Source: Anaerolineales bacterium
GTDB taxonomy: Bacteria; Chloroflexota; Anaerolineae; Anaerolineales; Villigracilaceae
DNA: 64,000 nt
Direction of reading: 5' to 3'
Assembly (NCBI GenBank): GCA_034432975.1
Contig: DAOUAZ010000190.1
Location: 17,955-81,954 of the forward strand
The position numbers and the translations under genes are program-made. Below, piece after piece: positions 44,443-56,286 of this stretch (position 1 is the first letter of the stretch; the number at the start of each line of letters is the position of its first letter). The notes beneath the pieces were generated by a model. That model was not told the DNA's origin, made no database searches, and worked only from the letters and a program-made list of their open reading frames with translations.

Positions 44443-44676
44443 ATGGAGACCGCAAAAATTTTTCAAAACGGGAAAAGTCAGGCTGTGCGCTTGCCCAAAG
44501 AGTTTCGCTTTCGCAGCGATAAAGTGTATATCAAACGGGTTGGCAACGCGGTTGTCTTGTTACCCTACCAAAGTCCCTGGGCCACCCTTTTAGAGAGTTT
44601 GGAGCAATTTTCCGATGATTTTATGCAAAATCGCACCCAGCCACCATTGGAGCAGCGCGAGGATATGTTTGCATGA
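44443..44676 (+). CDS. vapB: VapB-type antitoxin (AbrB/SpoVT fold)
   Basis: AKIFQNGKSQAVRLPKEFRF...VYIKRVGNAVVLLP. Its stop overlaps the toxin ATG (ATGA). Confidence 0.82.
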   Translation: METAKIFQNGKSQAVRLPKEFRFRSDKVYIKRVGNAVVLLPYQSPWATLLESLEQFSDDFMQNRTQPPLEQREDMFA

Positions 44677-45077
44677 AATACATGCTCGATACGAATATTT
44701 GCATTGGCATTATTCGCCAAAAACCAACCAGGCTGCTTGAAAAAGTTGTGCAGTTTGTCCCTGGAGAAATTGGTGTTTCAACAATCACCGTTTCTGAGTT
44801 GGCCTACGGCGCGCAAAAAAACAACTTCCCCGCCAAAAACCTGGCCGCCCTGGAACAGTTCCTGCTCCCACTAGAAATTGCAGATTACGACCATGCCGCC
44901 GCAATTGCTTATGGAAAAATTCGCGCGAACCTGGAAAGGGCTGGCCAGCCGATTGGCGCAATGGACATGCTGATTGGCGCGCACGCGCTCAGCCTAAACG
45001 TCGTGTTAGTCACCAACAACACGCGGGAATTTCAACGCATATCAAACTTGAAACTGGAAGACTGGATAACCGATTAA
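44673..45077 (+). CDS. vapC: VapC-type PIN-domain ribonuclease toxin
   Basis: [11 protein letters not shown] (first acidic residue), SELAYGA and DMLIGAHAL...[11 protein letters not shown] motifs. Confidence 0.88.
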   Translation: MKYMLDTNICIGIIRQKPTRLLEKVVQFVPGEIGVSTITVSELAYGAQKNNFPAKNLAALEQFLLPLEIADYDHAAAIAYGKIRANLERAGQPIGAMDMLIGAHALSLNVVLVTNNTREFQRISNLKLEDWITD

Positions 45078-45099
45078 CTGTTATCAACGAAGGATAACC

Positions 45100-46167
45100 A
45101 TGCCCAACAACACCCTCCTCAAACCTACCCGCCCCGTCGGCATTGTCGGCTATGGAGCGTATGTACCGCGTTACCGCATCCCGGCCCGAGAGATTGCCCG
45201 CGTGTGGGCCGGCGGCAAGGCGGGCGGATTGCCCATCAAAGAAAAAGCCGTCCCCGGCCTGGACGAAGACGTAATCACCATGTCCATCGAGGCGGCGCGC
45301 AATGCCATGATGCGGGCGCAAATCGAACCTTCGCAGCTGCGCGCCATCTGGGTCGGCTCGGAATCACATCCATACGCCGTCAAACCGACCTCGACGGTTG
45401 TGGCCGAGGCGATTGGCGCCGTGCCGCACATCCAGGCCGGTGACTGGGAATTCGCCTGTAAAGCCGGGACCGAAGCGATGGTGGCCGCGATGGGCTTCGT
45501 CGGCTCCGGCATGGCCGAGTACGCGCTGGCAATCGGCATGGACACCGCCCAGGGCAAGCCCGGCGACGCGCTGGAATACACGGCGGCAGCGGGCGGCGCG
45601 GCCTTCGTCATCGGTCCGGTGGAACATTCGCTCGCCGCCATCAACGCCTCGTACTCTTACGTCACCGACACGCCCGACTTCTGGCGGCGCGAGTACCAGA
45701 AATACCCCGAACACGGCGTGCGCTTCACCGGCGAACCGGCGTATTTCAATCACATCACTTCGTCCTCGAAAACGCTGATGCAGGAACTCGGCGCGACGGC
45801 CAAAGATTACACCTGGGCCGTCTTCCATCAGCCCAACACCAAATTCCCGCAGCGCGCCGCGCAGATGCTCGGTTTCACGCCCGAACAAATTGCGCCGGGC
45901 TTGCTGGTTCCGGTGATTGGCAACACCTATTCGGGCGCGTCGATTATCGGGCTGACCGCCATTCTCGACATCGCCCAACCCGGCGACCGTATCCTGCTGG
46001 CTTCCTTCGGCTCCGGGGCCGGTTCCGACGCCTTCGACATCACCGTCACTGAAAAAATCAGCGACCGCGCCGGGCGCGCCACCAAAACCCAGGAATACAT
46101 CGCCCGCCGCACAGAAATCGATTACGCGACCTACGCGCGTTTCCGCGACAAAATTACGATGAAGTAG
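45100..46167 (+). CDS. Hydroxymethylglutaryl-CoA synthase, archaeal-type (short, ~350 aa)
   Basis: [12 protein letters not shown] and [10 protein letters not shown] (catalytic Cys context). Its length and its position before a thiolase and a DUF35 gene also fit. Confidence 0.87.
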   Translation: MPNNTLLKPTRPVGIVGYGAYVPRYRIPAREIARVWAGGKAGGLPIKEKAVPGLDEDVITMSIEAARNAMMRAQIEPSQLRAIWVGSESHPYAVKPTSTVVAEAIGAVPHIQAGDWEFACKAGTEAMVAAMGFVGSGMAEYALAIGMDTAQGKPGDALEYTAAAGGAAFVIGPVEHSLAAINASYSYVTDTPDFWRREYQKYPEHGVRFTGEPAYFNHITSSSKTLMQELGATAKDYTWAVFHQPNTKFPQRAAQMLGFTPEQIAPGLLVPVIGNTYSGASIIGLTAILDIAQPGDRILLASFGSGAGSDAFDITVTEKISDRAGRATKTQEYIARRTEIDYATYARFRDKITMK

Positions 46168-46172
46168 AGCGT

Positions 46173-46314
46173 GTCATTGCGAGGAGCGGTTTCCAGCCTG
46201 TCCTGGCGGTCAGGCCAGGGCGACGAAGCAATCTCCCATGAAACGGTTAATTCACAGGATTAAATTTCACCGCTTAAAGGCAGATTGCTTCGCCAAAGAA
46301 CGGCTCGCAATGAC
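46173..46314. repeat. GTCATTGCGAGG...CGAAGCAATCT MITE-like palindromic element, copy i
   Basis: gtcattgcgaggagcgg...cgacgaagcaatctccc // ggcagattgcttcgcc...cggctcgcaatgac. The long imperfect inverted repeat fills the HMGCS-thiolase gap. Confidence 0.8.
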
Positions 46315-46332
46315 ACCTGAAAAGGTGTTTTT

Positions 46333-47496
46333 ATGACCGATATTATTATTGCAGGAGTAGGACAAACCGAAGTCGGCGAACACTGGGGCATGGCGCTGCG
46401 CGATTTGGCATACGCCGCCATCAAGAAAGCCGTGGCCGATAGCGGCGGGCTTAAACCCCAGGCCTTGTTCGCCGGGAACATGCTGGCCCCCAACCTTTCC
46501 AACCAGGCGCATTTGGGCGTATTGCTGGCTGACCATATTGGGATGCGCGGAATCGAGGCGGTGACCGTCGAAGCGGCGGGGGCATCAGGGGGCGCGGCCT
46601 TGCGCCAGGGTTACATGGCCGTCAAAAGCGGGTTCGTGGATGTGGCGCTGGTGGTCGGCGTGGAAAAATTCACCGACCGGGTGGGCGCGGGGGTCGATAC
46701 CGCCATCGCCACCACCTCCGACAGCGATTTCGAGGCCGTTCAGGGTCTCACCGCCAGCGGGCAGGCCGCGCTGCTGATGCGCCGCTACCTGCACGAGTAC
46801 GGCGTCCCCGCTGACGGGTTGGCCGGGTTCCCGCTCGTGGCGCACGCCAACGGCGCGGGCAATCCCAATGCCATGTTCCGCAAAGCCATCAAGTCGGAAG
46901 TGTACGGGAAAGCGGAAATGGTCAGCGACCCGATTAATATGTTCGACGCCGCGCCCAATGCCGACGGCGCCGCAGCCGTTCTCCTGACACGCAGCGATTT
47001 GCTGCCAAAAGAGTTTTCTCATCCGCTGGTCAAAATTGCCGCTTCGGCGGTTTCCACTGACACCCTGGCGCTGCACGACCGGCACGACCCACTCGGTTTC
47101 TGGGCGGCGCGCGAATCGGTCGAAGCGGCGCGGCACAAAGCCGGGATTGTGCTGGAGCAAGTCGATTTCTTCGAGTACCACGACGCGTACAGTATCTACG
47201 CCGCGCTCTCGCTTGAGGCAGCCGGTTTTGCCCCGCGCGGCGAGGGCTGGAAATTGGCCGCCGAAGGCGCGATTGCGCTCAATGGGCGTATCCCCTGCGC
47301 AACGATGGGCGGGCTAAAGGCGCGCGGTTTTCCCGGCGGGGCGACGGGCGTGTATCAGGCCGTCGAAGCGGCGACCCAGTTGCGAGGCCAGGCAGATTCC
47401 TGCCAGGTGGCGGGGGCAATCTTCGGGATGATTCAATCGCTTGGCGGCCCGGCATCCACTGCGGTCGTCCACATCCTCGAAAAAATGACCCCCTAA
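46333..47496 (+). CDS. Thiolase (acetyl-CoA C-acetyltransferase), archaeal-type
   Basis: Thiolase-fold pattern (TVEAAGASGGAAL with active-site-region Cys absent/variant, YHDAYSIYAALSLE, GGLKARGFPGGATG). It sits directly upstream of DUF35. Confidence 0.85.
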   Translation: MTDIIIAGVGQTEVGEHWGMALRDLAYAAIKKAVADSGGLKPQALFAGNMLAPNLSNQAHLGVLLADHIGMRGIEAVTVEAAGASGGAALRQGYMAVKSGFVDVALVVGVEKFTDRVGAGVDTAIATTSDSDFEAVQGLTASGQAALLMRRYLHEYGVPADGLAGFPLVAHANGAGNPNAMFRKAIKSEVYGKAEMVSDPINMFDAAPNADGAAAVLLTRSDLLPKEFSHPLVKIAASAVSTDTLALHDRHDPLGFWAARESVEAARHKAGIVLEQVDFFEYHDAYSIYAALSLEAAGFAPRGEGWKLAAEGAIALNGRIPCATMGGLKARGFPGGATGVYQAVEAATQLRGQADSCQVAGAIFGMIQSLGGPASTAVVHILEKMTP

Positions 47497-47616
47497 ATCG
47501 GCGCGGACTCTCAACACCTCTCACAAATCTTACACTCTTGCAAGGAGCCATCCCTGATAGTTCCTGATAGTGACGCTCATTACAATAAGGCATAGTCAAC
47601 AACAAAGGAGCAATCC

Positions 47617-48027
47617 ATGGAAATCCCGCGCCATTGGCGATTGAAAAAACAACGATATGGTTTGGTGGGCGAAGTTTGCCCGCACTGCGATTATAAGATT
47701 TTCCCGCCCCGCGACGTTTGCCCCAACTGCGGCGACGAAGCCAAGACCCTGTACACCTTCAGCGGCAGGGGCGAGGTGTTCTCGTACACCACCATCTACG
47801 AAGCCCCGACCGGGTTCGACAGCACCGCGCCATACACCGTGGCAATTGTCAAACTCGACGAAGGCCCGATGGTCACTGCCCAACTGACCGACCTGGGCGA
47901 CCAGCCCATCGAAATCGGGATGCCGGTCGAAATGGTCACCCGCAAAATGCGCAACGACGGCGACGAGCGCGGGGTGATTGTATATGGATATAAGTTTCGG
48001 CCAGCGGTGATGCATACCGCACATTAG
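47617..48027 (+). CDS. DUF35 Zn-ribbon/OB-fold protein (thiolase-HMGCS scaffold type)
   Basis: CPHCDYKIFPPRDVCPNC rubredoxin-like ribbon followed by an OB-fold segment (YTVAIVKLDEGPMVTAQL). Confidence 0.85.
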   Translation: MEIPRHWRLKKQRYGLVGEVCPHCDYKIFPPRDVCPNCGDEAKTLYTFSGRGEVFSYTTIYEAPTGFDSTAPYTVAIVKLDEGPMVTAQLTDLGDQPIEIGMPVEMVTRKMRNDGDERGVIVYGYKFRPAVMHTAH

Positions 48028-48111
48028 TTTCTACATACTGGAATGAAAAATTCCTTCTTAACATAGCCATCATGCCGCAGTCACCGGCCTGAAAAGCCGG
48101 GGACTGCGCTT

Positions 48112-48423
48112 TTATACCCAACCTTTTCTTTTCCAACGCCCTATCAGCGCAGTACGCGCTTTGTATTTTTCTGCCAATAATTTGACCCTGGCATCGAAGT
48201 TGTTTTGTGTCCCCTGAAAATCCGCCAATTGCTGGATCTGATCCAATAAGCTGGTCGCATGGTCGTAGTTGCTGGCGGTGTAGGTCTTCGTCACAGCAGG
48301 CTTCGATGGCAGCCGTATCCAACAGCCCTTTTGGGAAGCGAAAAGCCAGCCGGCGCGTGCCCCAGTTGGCAAGATACAGATACGCGTCAGAGTTTGCCAT
48401 TCGTAATATTGATATTCGCTCAT
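48112..48423 (-). pseudogene. Collapsed, frameshifted remnant of a conserved hypothetical gene (MSEYQYYEF... family)
   Basis: It starts MSEYQYYEWQTL. The family-like segment LYLANWGTRRLAFRFPKGLLD is readable only in another frame (track ORF 47936..48400). The remnant is about 100 codons, whereas I recall this family being several-fold longer. Confidence 0.45.
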
Positions 48424-48432
48424 GATGTTTTC

Positions 48433-49209
48433 CTATTTTCGTCTGATGGTTATGCCGCCCGGCACACTGTCAGGCAATTGGGCCAGTTTTTTCTTGCGGG
48501 CTTCCTGGTCAGCGCGCATTTCATCCAACAGGGCAGATGTGCCGACAATTTCGAGCTGGGTCAGGGAACAGACAACCACCTGCTTGTGTTTTCCTGGCGG
48601 GGTGATGTCACAGGCAATTCCCATTTCATCGCCGCCATAGAAAGCATCCTTGATGGATAATGTCTGCCGGTCGCTGATGGGGAAACCCTGTTTTCGCAGC
48701 ATTCTGAGCAGTTCTTTGCCAGCCCGCACGCTGATGGGCAAATTCGCCTTGATTTTCTCCACCAGTCTCTCGGAATTCCTGGGGTTATCGACGCTGCCAG
48801 AAAGCGATTTCCCTTGCAAGGCTTTTTCATAATCTTCATCTGTCATCCAGCCGCCGATGAGTTCAAAGTTGCGATACTCTTTGAACCCATGCAGGTTGTC
48901 AAGCAAATCATTTGGGGGACGGGGATTGTCTACGCCAGCCCGCCAATACTCTTTCTCGGCTGTGCCAATCACCAGGTAATCATTGCCCATCGCCTCAGGC
49001 GCGCGCTGCGAAAACATTTGGGCTAAATACCCCTCGATTTCATCCTTATGGGCAATCAGCATGTCGCATTTGGCGCAATAGCGGCAGGTGTAATTGAGAA
49101 TCAGCGGATAGTGCGGGTCAACGTGAATGACCAGCGGCACTTTCTTTTGCCCGGTCTTGCCTTCGCACTGCGGACAACGGCTAAAGCGGGCATCGGAGTA
49201 TGGATTCAA
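48433..49209 (-). CDS. Hypothetical protein with N-terminal CxxC...CxxC zinc ribbon
   Basis: 258-aa ORF (TTG start) with CPQCEG...CRYCAKC. No family recognised. G+C is somewhat lower. It is divergent from the RecQ-fusion gene. Confidence 0.55.
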   Translation of the reverse strand: MNPYSDARFSRCPQCEGKTGQKKVPLVIHVDPHYPLILNYTCRYCAKCDMLIAHKDEIEGYLAQMFSQRAPEAMGNDYLVIGTAEKEYWRAGVDNPRPPNDLLDNLHGFKEYRNFELIGGWMTDEDYEKALQGKSLSGSVDNPRNSERLVEKIKANLPISVRAGKELLRMLRKQGFPISDRQTLSIKDAFYGGDEMGIACDITPPGKHKQVVVCSLTQLEIVGTSALLDEMRADQEARKKKLAQLPDSVPGGITIRRK

Positions 49210-49433
49210 GAAAAAATTGTAGAGCGGGGGAGCTTACCGAGCTGGGTTTTCTTAGTCATTGCAGTTTTCCTGTGAGTAGTATGCTTATCTTATTTCGTAA
49301 AATGGTTGCAAGGCGAAATCCTTTCGCTGCAAGATTGATTATACTGGCACGAGTTTTCCATGCAGATCCCAATCTTATCTTGCGTTATGCCCTGTTACTT
49401 GAAACCAGTTTTAATATATTGGTTCTCCAATAT

Positions 49434-49622
49434 TTTCCGTGAAAACCTGGACACGGACACTTACGCCTGCGCGCAGCGCAGGTGACGCACGGAATTGACA
49501 GAAACACACGGAAAGAGATTTTTAAATGCTGATTTATCCGTGTTCGTCCGTGTTTTCTGCGTTTCACCTGCCCTTGCGGGCGGTGCAAGAGTCCGTGTAC
49601 GAGAAATCAGTATCACGGAAAT
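49434..49622. repeat. Cluster of about 8 CACGGA(A)/TCCGTG motifs upstream of the RecQ-fusion gene
   Basis: ttttccgtg, gacacggac, gcacggaatt, acacggaaag, ttatccgtg, tcgtccgtg, agtccgtg and tcacggaaat, all within about 190 bp. Confidence 0.6.
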
Positions 49623-49682
49623 TCTCAGAGAGCCGGAGTTTTTGTTTGTCTGGAACCGGATGATTTGCAGTATGATTGAGCC

Positions 49683-52907
<3,225 letters not shown>

Positions 52908-52937
52908 CGCGAATTGCCAATTTGCGCCACCTGACCC

Positions 52938-53900
52938 ATGAATCAAGACTCACTCTCTCTACTCCTGCTTTGCTCCCAACTCGGCCTGGATGATGACTCG
53001 GCCAAAGCGCTGACCCTGCGCGAATGGAATCCCCTGGCCCGAAAGTTACAGGCCGCATCACTCCATCCCGCCAGCCTGCTCCAGTTTACTGAATCCGATT
53101 TCTCCCGCCTCGACCTCCCCACGGAACACGTAACACGGATTTCAGAACTGCTCTCTCGCACTGAAGCCATTCACGCCGAGTTGAAACGTCTCTCCCGCCT
53201 CGACATTTTCCCCCTCACCCGCGCCGATTCCGACTACCCCCAGCGTTACCGCCAGCGGCTAAAGGATTCCGCGCCGCCGGTCTTGTTCTACGCCGGGGAA
53301 AAAGCCCTGCTCGGACAGCCGGGAATTGCTGTCGTCGGCTCGCGTCACCTGGACGAAGCCGGGCAGGAATGCGCTAATTTCGTTGGCAGCGCCTGTGGGA
53401 TTTCGGGTCAGGTGCTGTATTCAGGCGGCGCGAAGGGCGTGGACACCCTCAGCATGGAATCCGCCCTGGCCGCGCGAGGAACTGCCGTCGGCGTGCTGGC
53501 CGACAGCCTGGAAAAAGCGGTTCGCAATCGCCAGAAAGCCATCAAGCGCGGCGACCTGTGTCTCGTCACACCCTACAGCCCCAATGCCGGGTTCTCCGTC
53601 GGCGCGGCAATGGGGCGTAATCGGCTCATCTACTGTCTTGCCGATTACGCCATCGTGGTCGCTTCCGACGCTGAAACCGGCGGCACCTGGGCCGGGGCCA
53701 CCGAAACGCTCAAAAATAGCTGGGTTCCCGTATTTGTGCTGGAACACGCGCTAATGCCGGATGGGAATAAATTATTGCTGCAAAAGGGTGGAGTCCCGTT
53801 TCCCCACCCGTTCAAAGAATCTCCGCTTAAGTTATCAGCGTGGCTGAACGAAAAATCATCGGCGCAGCCCAAACAGCCCAGCCAGATGGGATTATTCTAA
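52938..53900 (+). CDS. DprA/Smf-fold (SLOG Rossmann) DNA-processing-like protein
   Basis: GIAVVGSRHLDEAG, YSGGAKGVDTLSMESAL, GTAVGVLADSL, FSVGAAMGRNRLIY and VVASDAETGGTWAGATE match the DprA Rossmann core. It lies 30 nt downstream of the RecQ fusion on the same strand. Confidence 0.8.
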   Translation: MNQDSLSLLLLCSQLGLDDDSAKALTLREWNPLARKLQAASLHPASLLQFTESDFSRLDLPTEHVTRISELLSRTEAIHAELKRLSRLDIFPLTRADSDYPQRYRQRLKDSAPPVLFYAGEKALLGQPGIAVVGSRHLDEAGQECANFVGSACGISGQVLYSGGAKGVDTLSMESALAARGTAVGVLADSLEKAVRNRQKAIKRGDLCLVTPYSPNAGFSVGAAMGRNRLIYCLADYAIVVASDAETGGTWAGATETLKNSWVPVFVLEHALMPDGNKLLLQKGGVPFPHPFKESPLKLSAWLNEKSSAQPKQPSQMGLF

Positions 53901-54154
53901 AAATCCTTCACGCCCATTACTCCCCCGATGAACTCGGCCCGACCTGTTGGTCCGAAATCAACGACGCTCCTGCGCCCAAGACTCAGCCCGGGCGTGCAGC
54001 GGAAAATCCTAAACCAAAAGCGCGCTCTTTTAGCGCTGCGCCCAATTCTATAAAGCCCAAAATAAACAAGTTGGGAAAGGCCGGGCTAAAAAGTCGCCAA
54101 AGAGGTCATGCAAGCCTTGCCGATCGATTAACATTCCACTTGTCCACGCTAGAA

Positions 54155-55129
54155 TTACACCTTGCCCTTGCGCAGATGGCAGGAGGCAAAGTGGTTTTCA
54201 GCAACTTCGAGCAAGGGTGGAGATTCTGAGTCGCATTTTTCCAGCCGGACATGGCAGCGCGGCGCAAAACGGCAGCCGGGCGGCAGTTCGGTCAGGCGTG
54301 GCGGCGCGCCGGGAATCGAGGCCAGGGATTCAGCGGGGCGCGCCAGGTCAGGAAACGATTCGAGCAGCCTTTGAGTATACGGATGCTGCGGGTCGTTGAA
54401 AATATCATCCACCGAACCATATTCGGCCATTTTGCCGCCGTACATCACCACCACCGTATCGCACATCTCGGCCACCACGCCCAGGTCGTGCGTCACCAGC
54501 ACAATCGCCAGGCCCAGGCGCTGCTGGATGTCATTCAGCAGTTCGAGAACCTGGGCCTGCACCATCACGTCGAGCGCAGTGGTCGGCTCATCGGCAAACA
54601 ACAGGCTGGGAGAGCAGGCCAGCGCCATGGCAATCATCGCCCGCTGGCGCATCCCGCCCGAATACTGGAAGGGATACTGGCCGCCGCGCTCTTTGGGGAT
54701 GCCGACCATCTCCAGCAGTTCGCCCACCCGCGTCTCGGCCTGGTCGGGGGGCAGCAGGCCATGCAGCGTAATCGCCTCGCGGATTTGTTCGCCAACGCGC
54801 ATGACCGGGTTGAGAGCGTTCATCGCGCCCTGGAAAACGATGGCGATATCCTTCCAGCGATGTTCGCGCATTTTGCGCTCGCTGAGCGAAAGCAAATCCA
54901 TCTCGCGGAAAAAGACTTGCCCGCTGATGCGCGCGTTGGCTGGCAGAAGACGCAGGACCGACATCAGCGTGGTCGTCTTGCCGCAGCCCGATTCGCCTAC
55001 CAGCCCGACCGTTTCGCCGGGATGGACATCGAAGGAGACATCCTCCAGCGCGCGGGCAATTCTCTTATCCGCAGGCAGGATGAAGTCGGTGGAGAGATGG
55101 CGGACGCGCAGCAACGGGGCTTCAGACAC
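54155..55129 (-). CDS. Peptide/nickel ABC transporter ATP-binding protein (DppD/OppD-like)
   Basis: GESGCGKT Walker A, YSGGMRQR signature, LLFADEPTTALD Walker B, and an oligopeptide-type C-terminal extension. Confidence 0.9.
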   Translation of the reverse strand: MSEAPLLRVRHLSTDFILPADKRIARALEDVSFDVHPGETVGLVGESGCGKTTTLMSVLRLLPANARISGQVFFREMDLLSLSERKMREHRWKDIAIVFQGAMNALNPVMRVGEQIREAITLHGLLPPDQAETRVGELLEMVGIPKERGGQYPFQYSGGMRQRAMIAMALACSPSLLFADEPTTALDVMVQAQVLELLNDIQQRLGLAIVLVTHDLGVVAEMCDTVVVMYGGKMAEYGSVDDIFNDPQHPYTQRLLESFPDLARPAESLASIPGAPPRLTELPPGCRFAPRCHVRLEKCDSESPPLLEVAENHFASCHLRKGKV

Positions 55130-56105
55130 GGGCAGCCTCCCCGCTGGCTTGTCCCGCTCTCTCTAGCGGGGCAGGCTGAACTCGCGCTTCGCCCTCCAGG
55201 TGATGCCCCGTCAAACGCGGATTGAGCATTTCCTCCAGCACATTCCCCAGCAAGACGCAGCCCAGCGAGACCCACACAATCGCCAGCCCCGGCGGCAGGT
55301 AGAACCACCACGCGCCATTGCTGATGGCGTTGCGGTCGAAAGCAAAGTTGAGCATCGTCCCCCACGAGGGTTGGGTCGGGTCGCCCAGGCCGAGGAAGGC
55401 CAACCCCGATTCAATCAGGATGGCGGTGGAGAGTATCAGGACGGTGTTGGCGACAATCAACGGCATGATTTGGGGCAGGATGTGTTTGCGGATGATGTGG
55501 GCATGTCCCGCGCCGATGGCCCGCGCCCGCGCCACGAACTGCCTTTCTTTGATGCTCAAGACCTGCGAGCGGACGAGGCGCGCGGTGCTGGTCCAGTAGA
55601 GCAGCCCGATGACCAGAATCAGGATGGCGAGCGGTGAGATGTTCAGGTTCAACTGGCGGATGGCGGCCACCAGCACCAGCATCAGCGGCAGGTCGGGGAT
55701 GACCAGCAGGACATCGGTGACGCGCATGATGAGGTTATCGACCCAGCCGCCAAAGTAACCCGCCAGGATGCCGAGCAGGCTGCCGACGAACATGGCGATG
55801 AACCCCGCCAGGAATCCGACTGTCAGCGAGATGCGCGCGCCGTAGACCAGTTGCGTCCAAACATCGCGCCCGGCGTCGTCGGTGCCGAGCGGGCCGTGAA
55901 CGGAGGGCGGGGCAAACGTCAGCCCGCGCCCGGCTTCGTCGCGGATGACGGTGGCCGGGTCGTAGGGCGAGAGCAGCGGGGCGAAAACAGCCACCAATAC
56001 GGCGGTCAGCACCAGCACAGCGCCGGTCATCCCCATCCGGTTGCGGCGGAAGGTTTTCCAGAAGTCGGACAGGTTGCGTTTGAATAAGAGCCAGGATTCG
56101 TTCAT
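55122..56105 (-). CDS. Peptide ABC transporter permease (DppC/OppC-like)
   Basis: Six-TM BPD_transp_1 pattern with EAARAIGAGHAHII-type EAA loop (ARARAIGAGHAHIIRKHILP). It overlaps the ATPase start by 8 nt. Confidence 0.9.
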   Translation of the reverse strand: MNESWLLFKRNLSDFWKTFRRNRMGMTGAVLVLTAVLVAVFAPLLSPYDPATVIRDEAGRGLTFAPPSVHGPLGTDDAGRDVWTQLVYGARISLTVGFLAGFIAMFVGSLLGILAGYFGGWVDNLIMRVTDVLLVIPDLPLMLVLVAAIRQLNLNISPLAILILVIGLLYWTSTARLVRSQVLSIKERQFVARARAIGAGHAHIIRKHILPQIMPLIVANTVLILSTAILIESGLAFLGLGDPTQPSWGTMLNFAFDRNAISNGAWWFYLPPGLAIVWVSLGCVLLGNVLEEMLNPRLTGHHLEGEARVQPAPLERAGQASGEAARV

Positions 56106-56116
56106 CTGTTTTCCAT

Positions 56117-56283
56117 GTCATTGCGAGGGCCTCGAGTAGCGGTCTTTGCGTACACCGGCACTGCACCAAACGCGGTGCGGTGCAAGTGTCGAAACCCGGC
56201 CCGAAGCAATCTGCCATTTCACAGAAGCCCGCCACGCCATTCAAAGAACACTCATGGCTACTCGACCAGCGGCTCGCGGTGAC
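56117..56283. repeat. GTCATTGCGAGG...CGAAGCAATCT MITE-like palindromic element, copy ii
   Basis: gtcattgcgagggcctcgagtagc...cgaagcaatctgcc...gctactcgaccagcggctcgcggtgac. It fills the whole gap between the two permease genes. Confidence 0.75.
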
Positions 56284-56286
56284 ACA

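Noticed and set aside
53901-54154. ORFs 53840-54229 (+) and neighbours in the gap after the DprA-like gene, considered as a possible third gene of the RecQ system.
   Set aside because: The translation is low-complexity (Pro/Ala/Lys), overlaps the ABC ATPase 3' end and lacks an RBS. The region is more likely non-coding.
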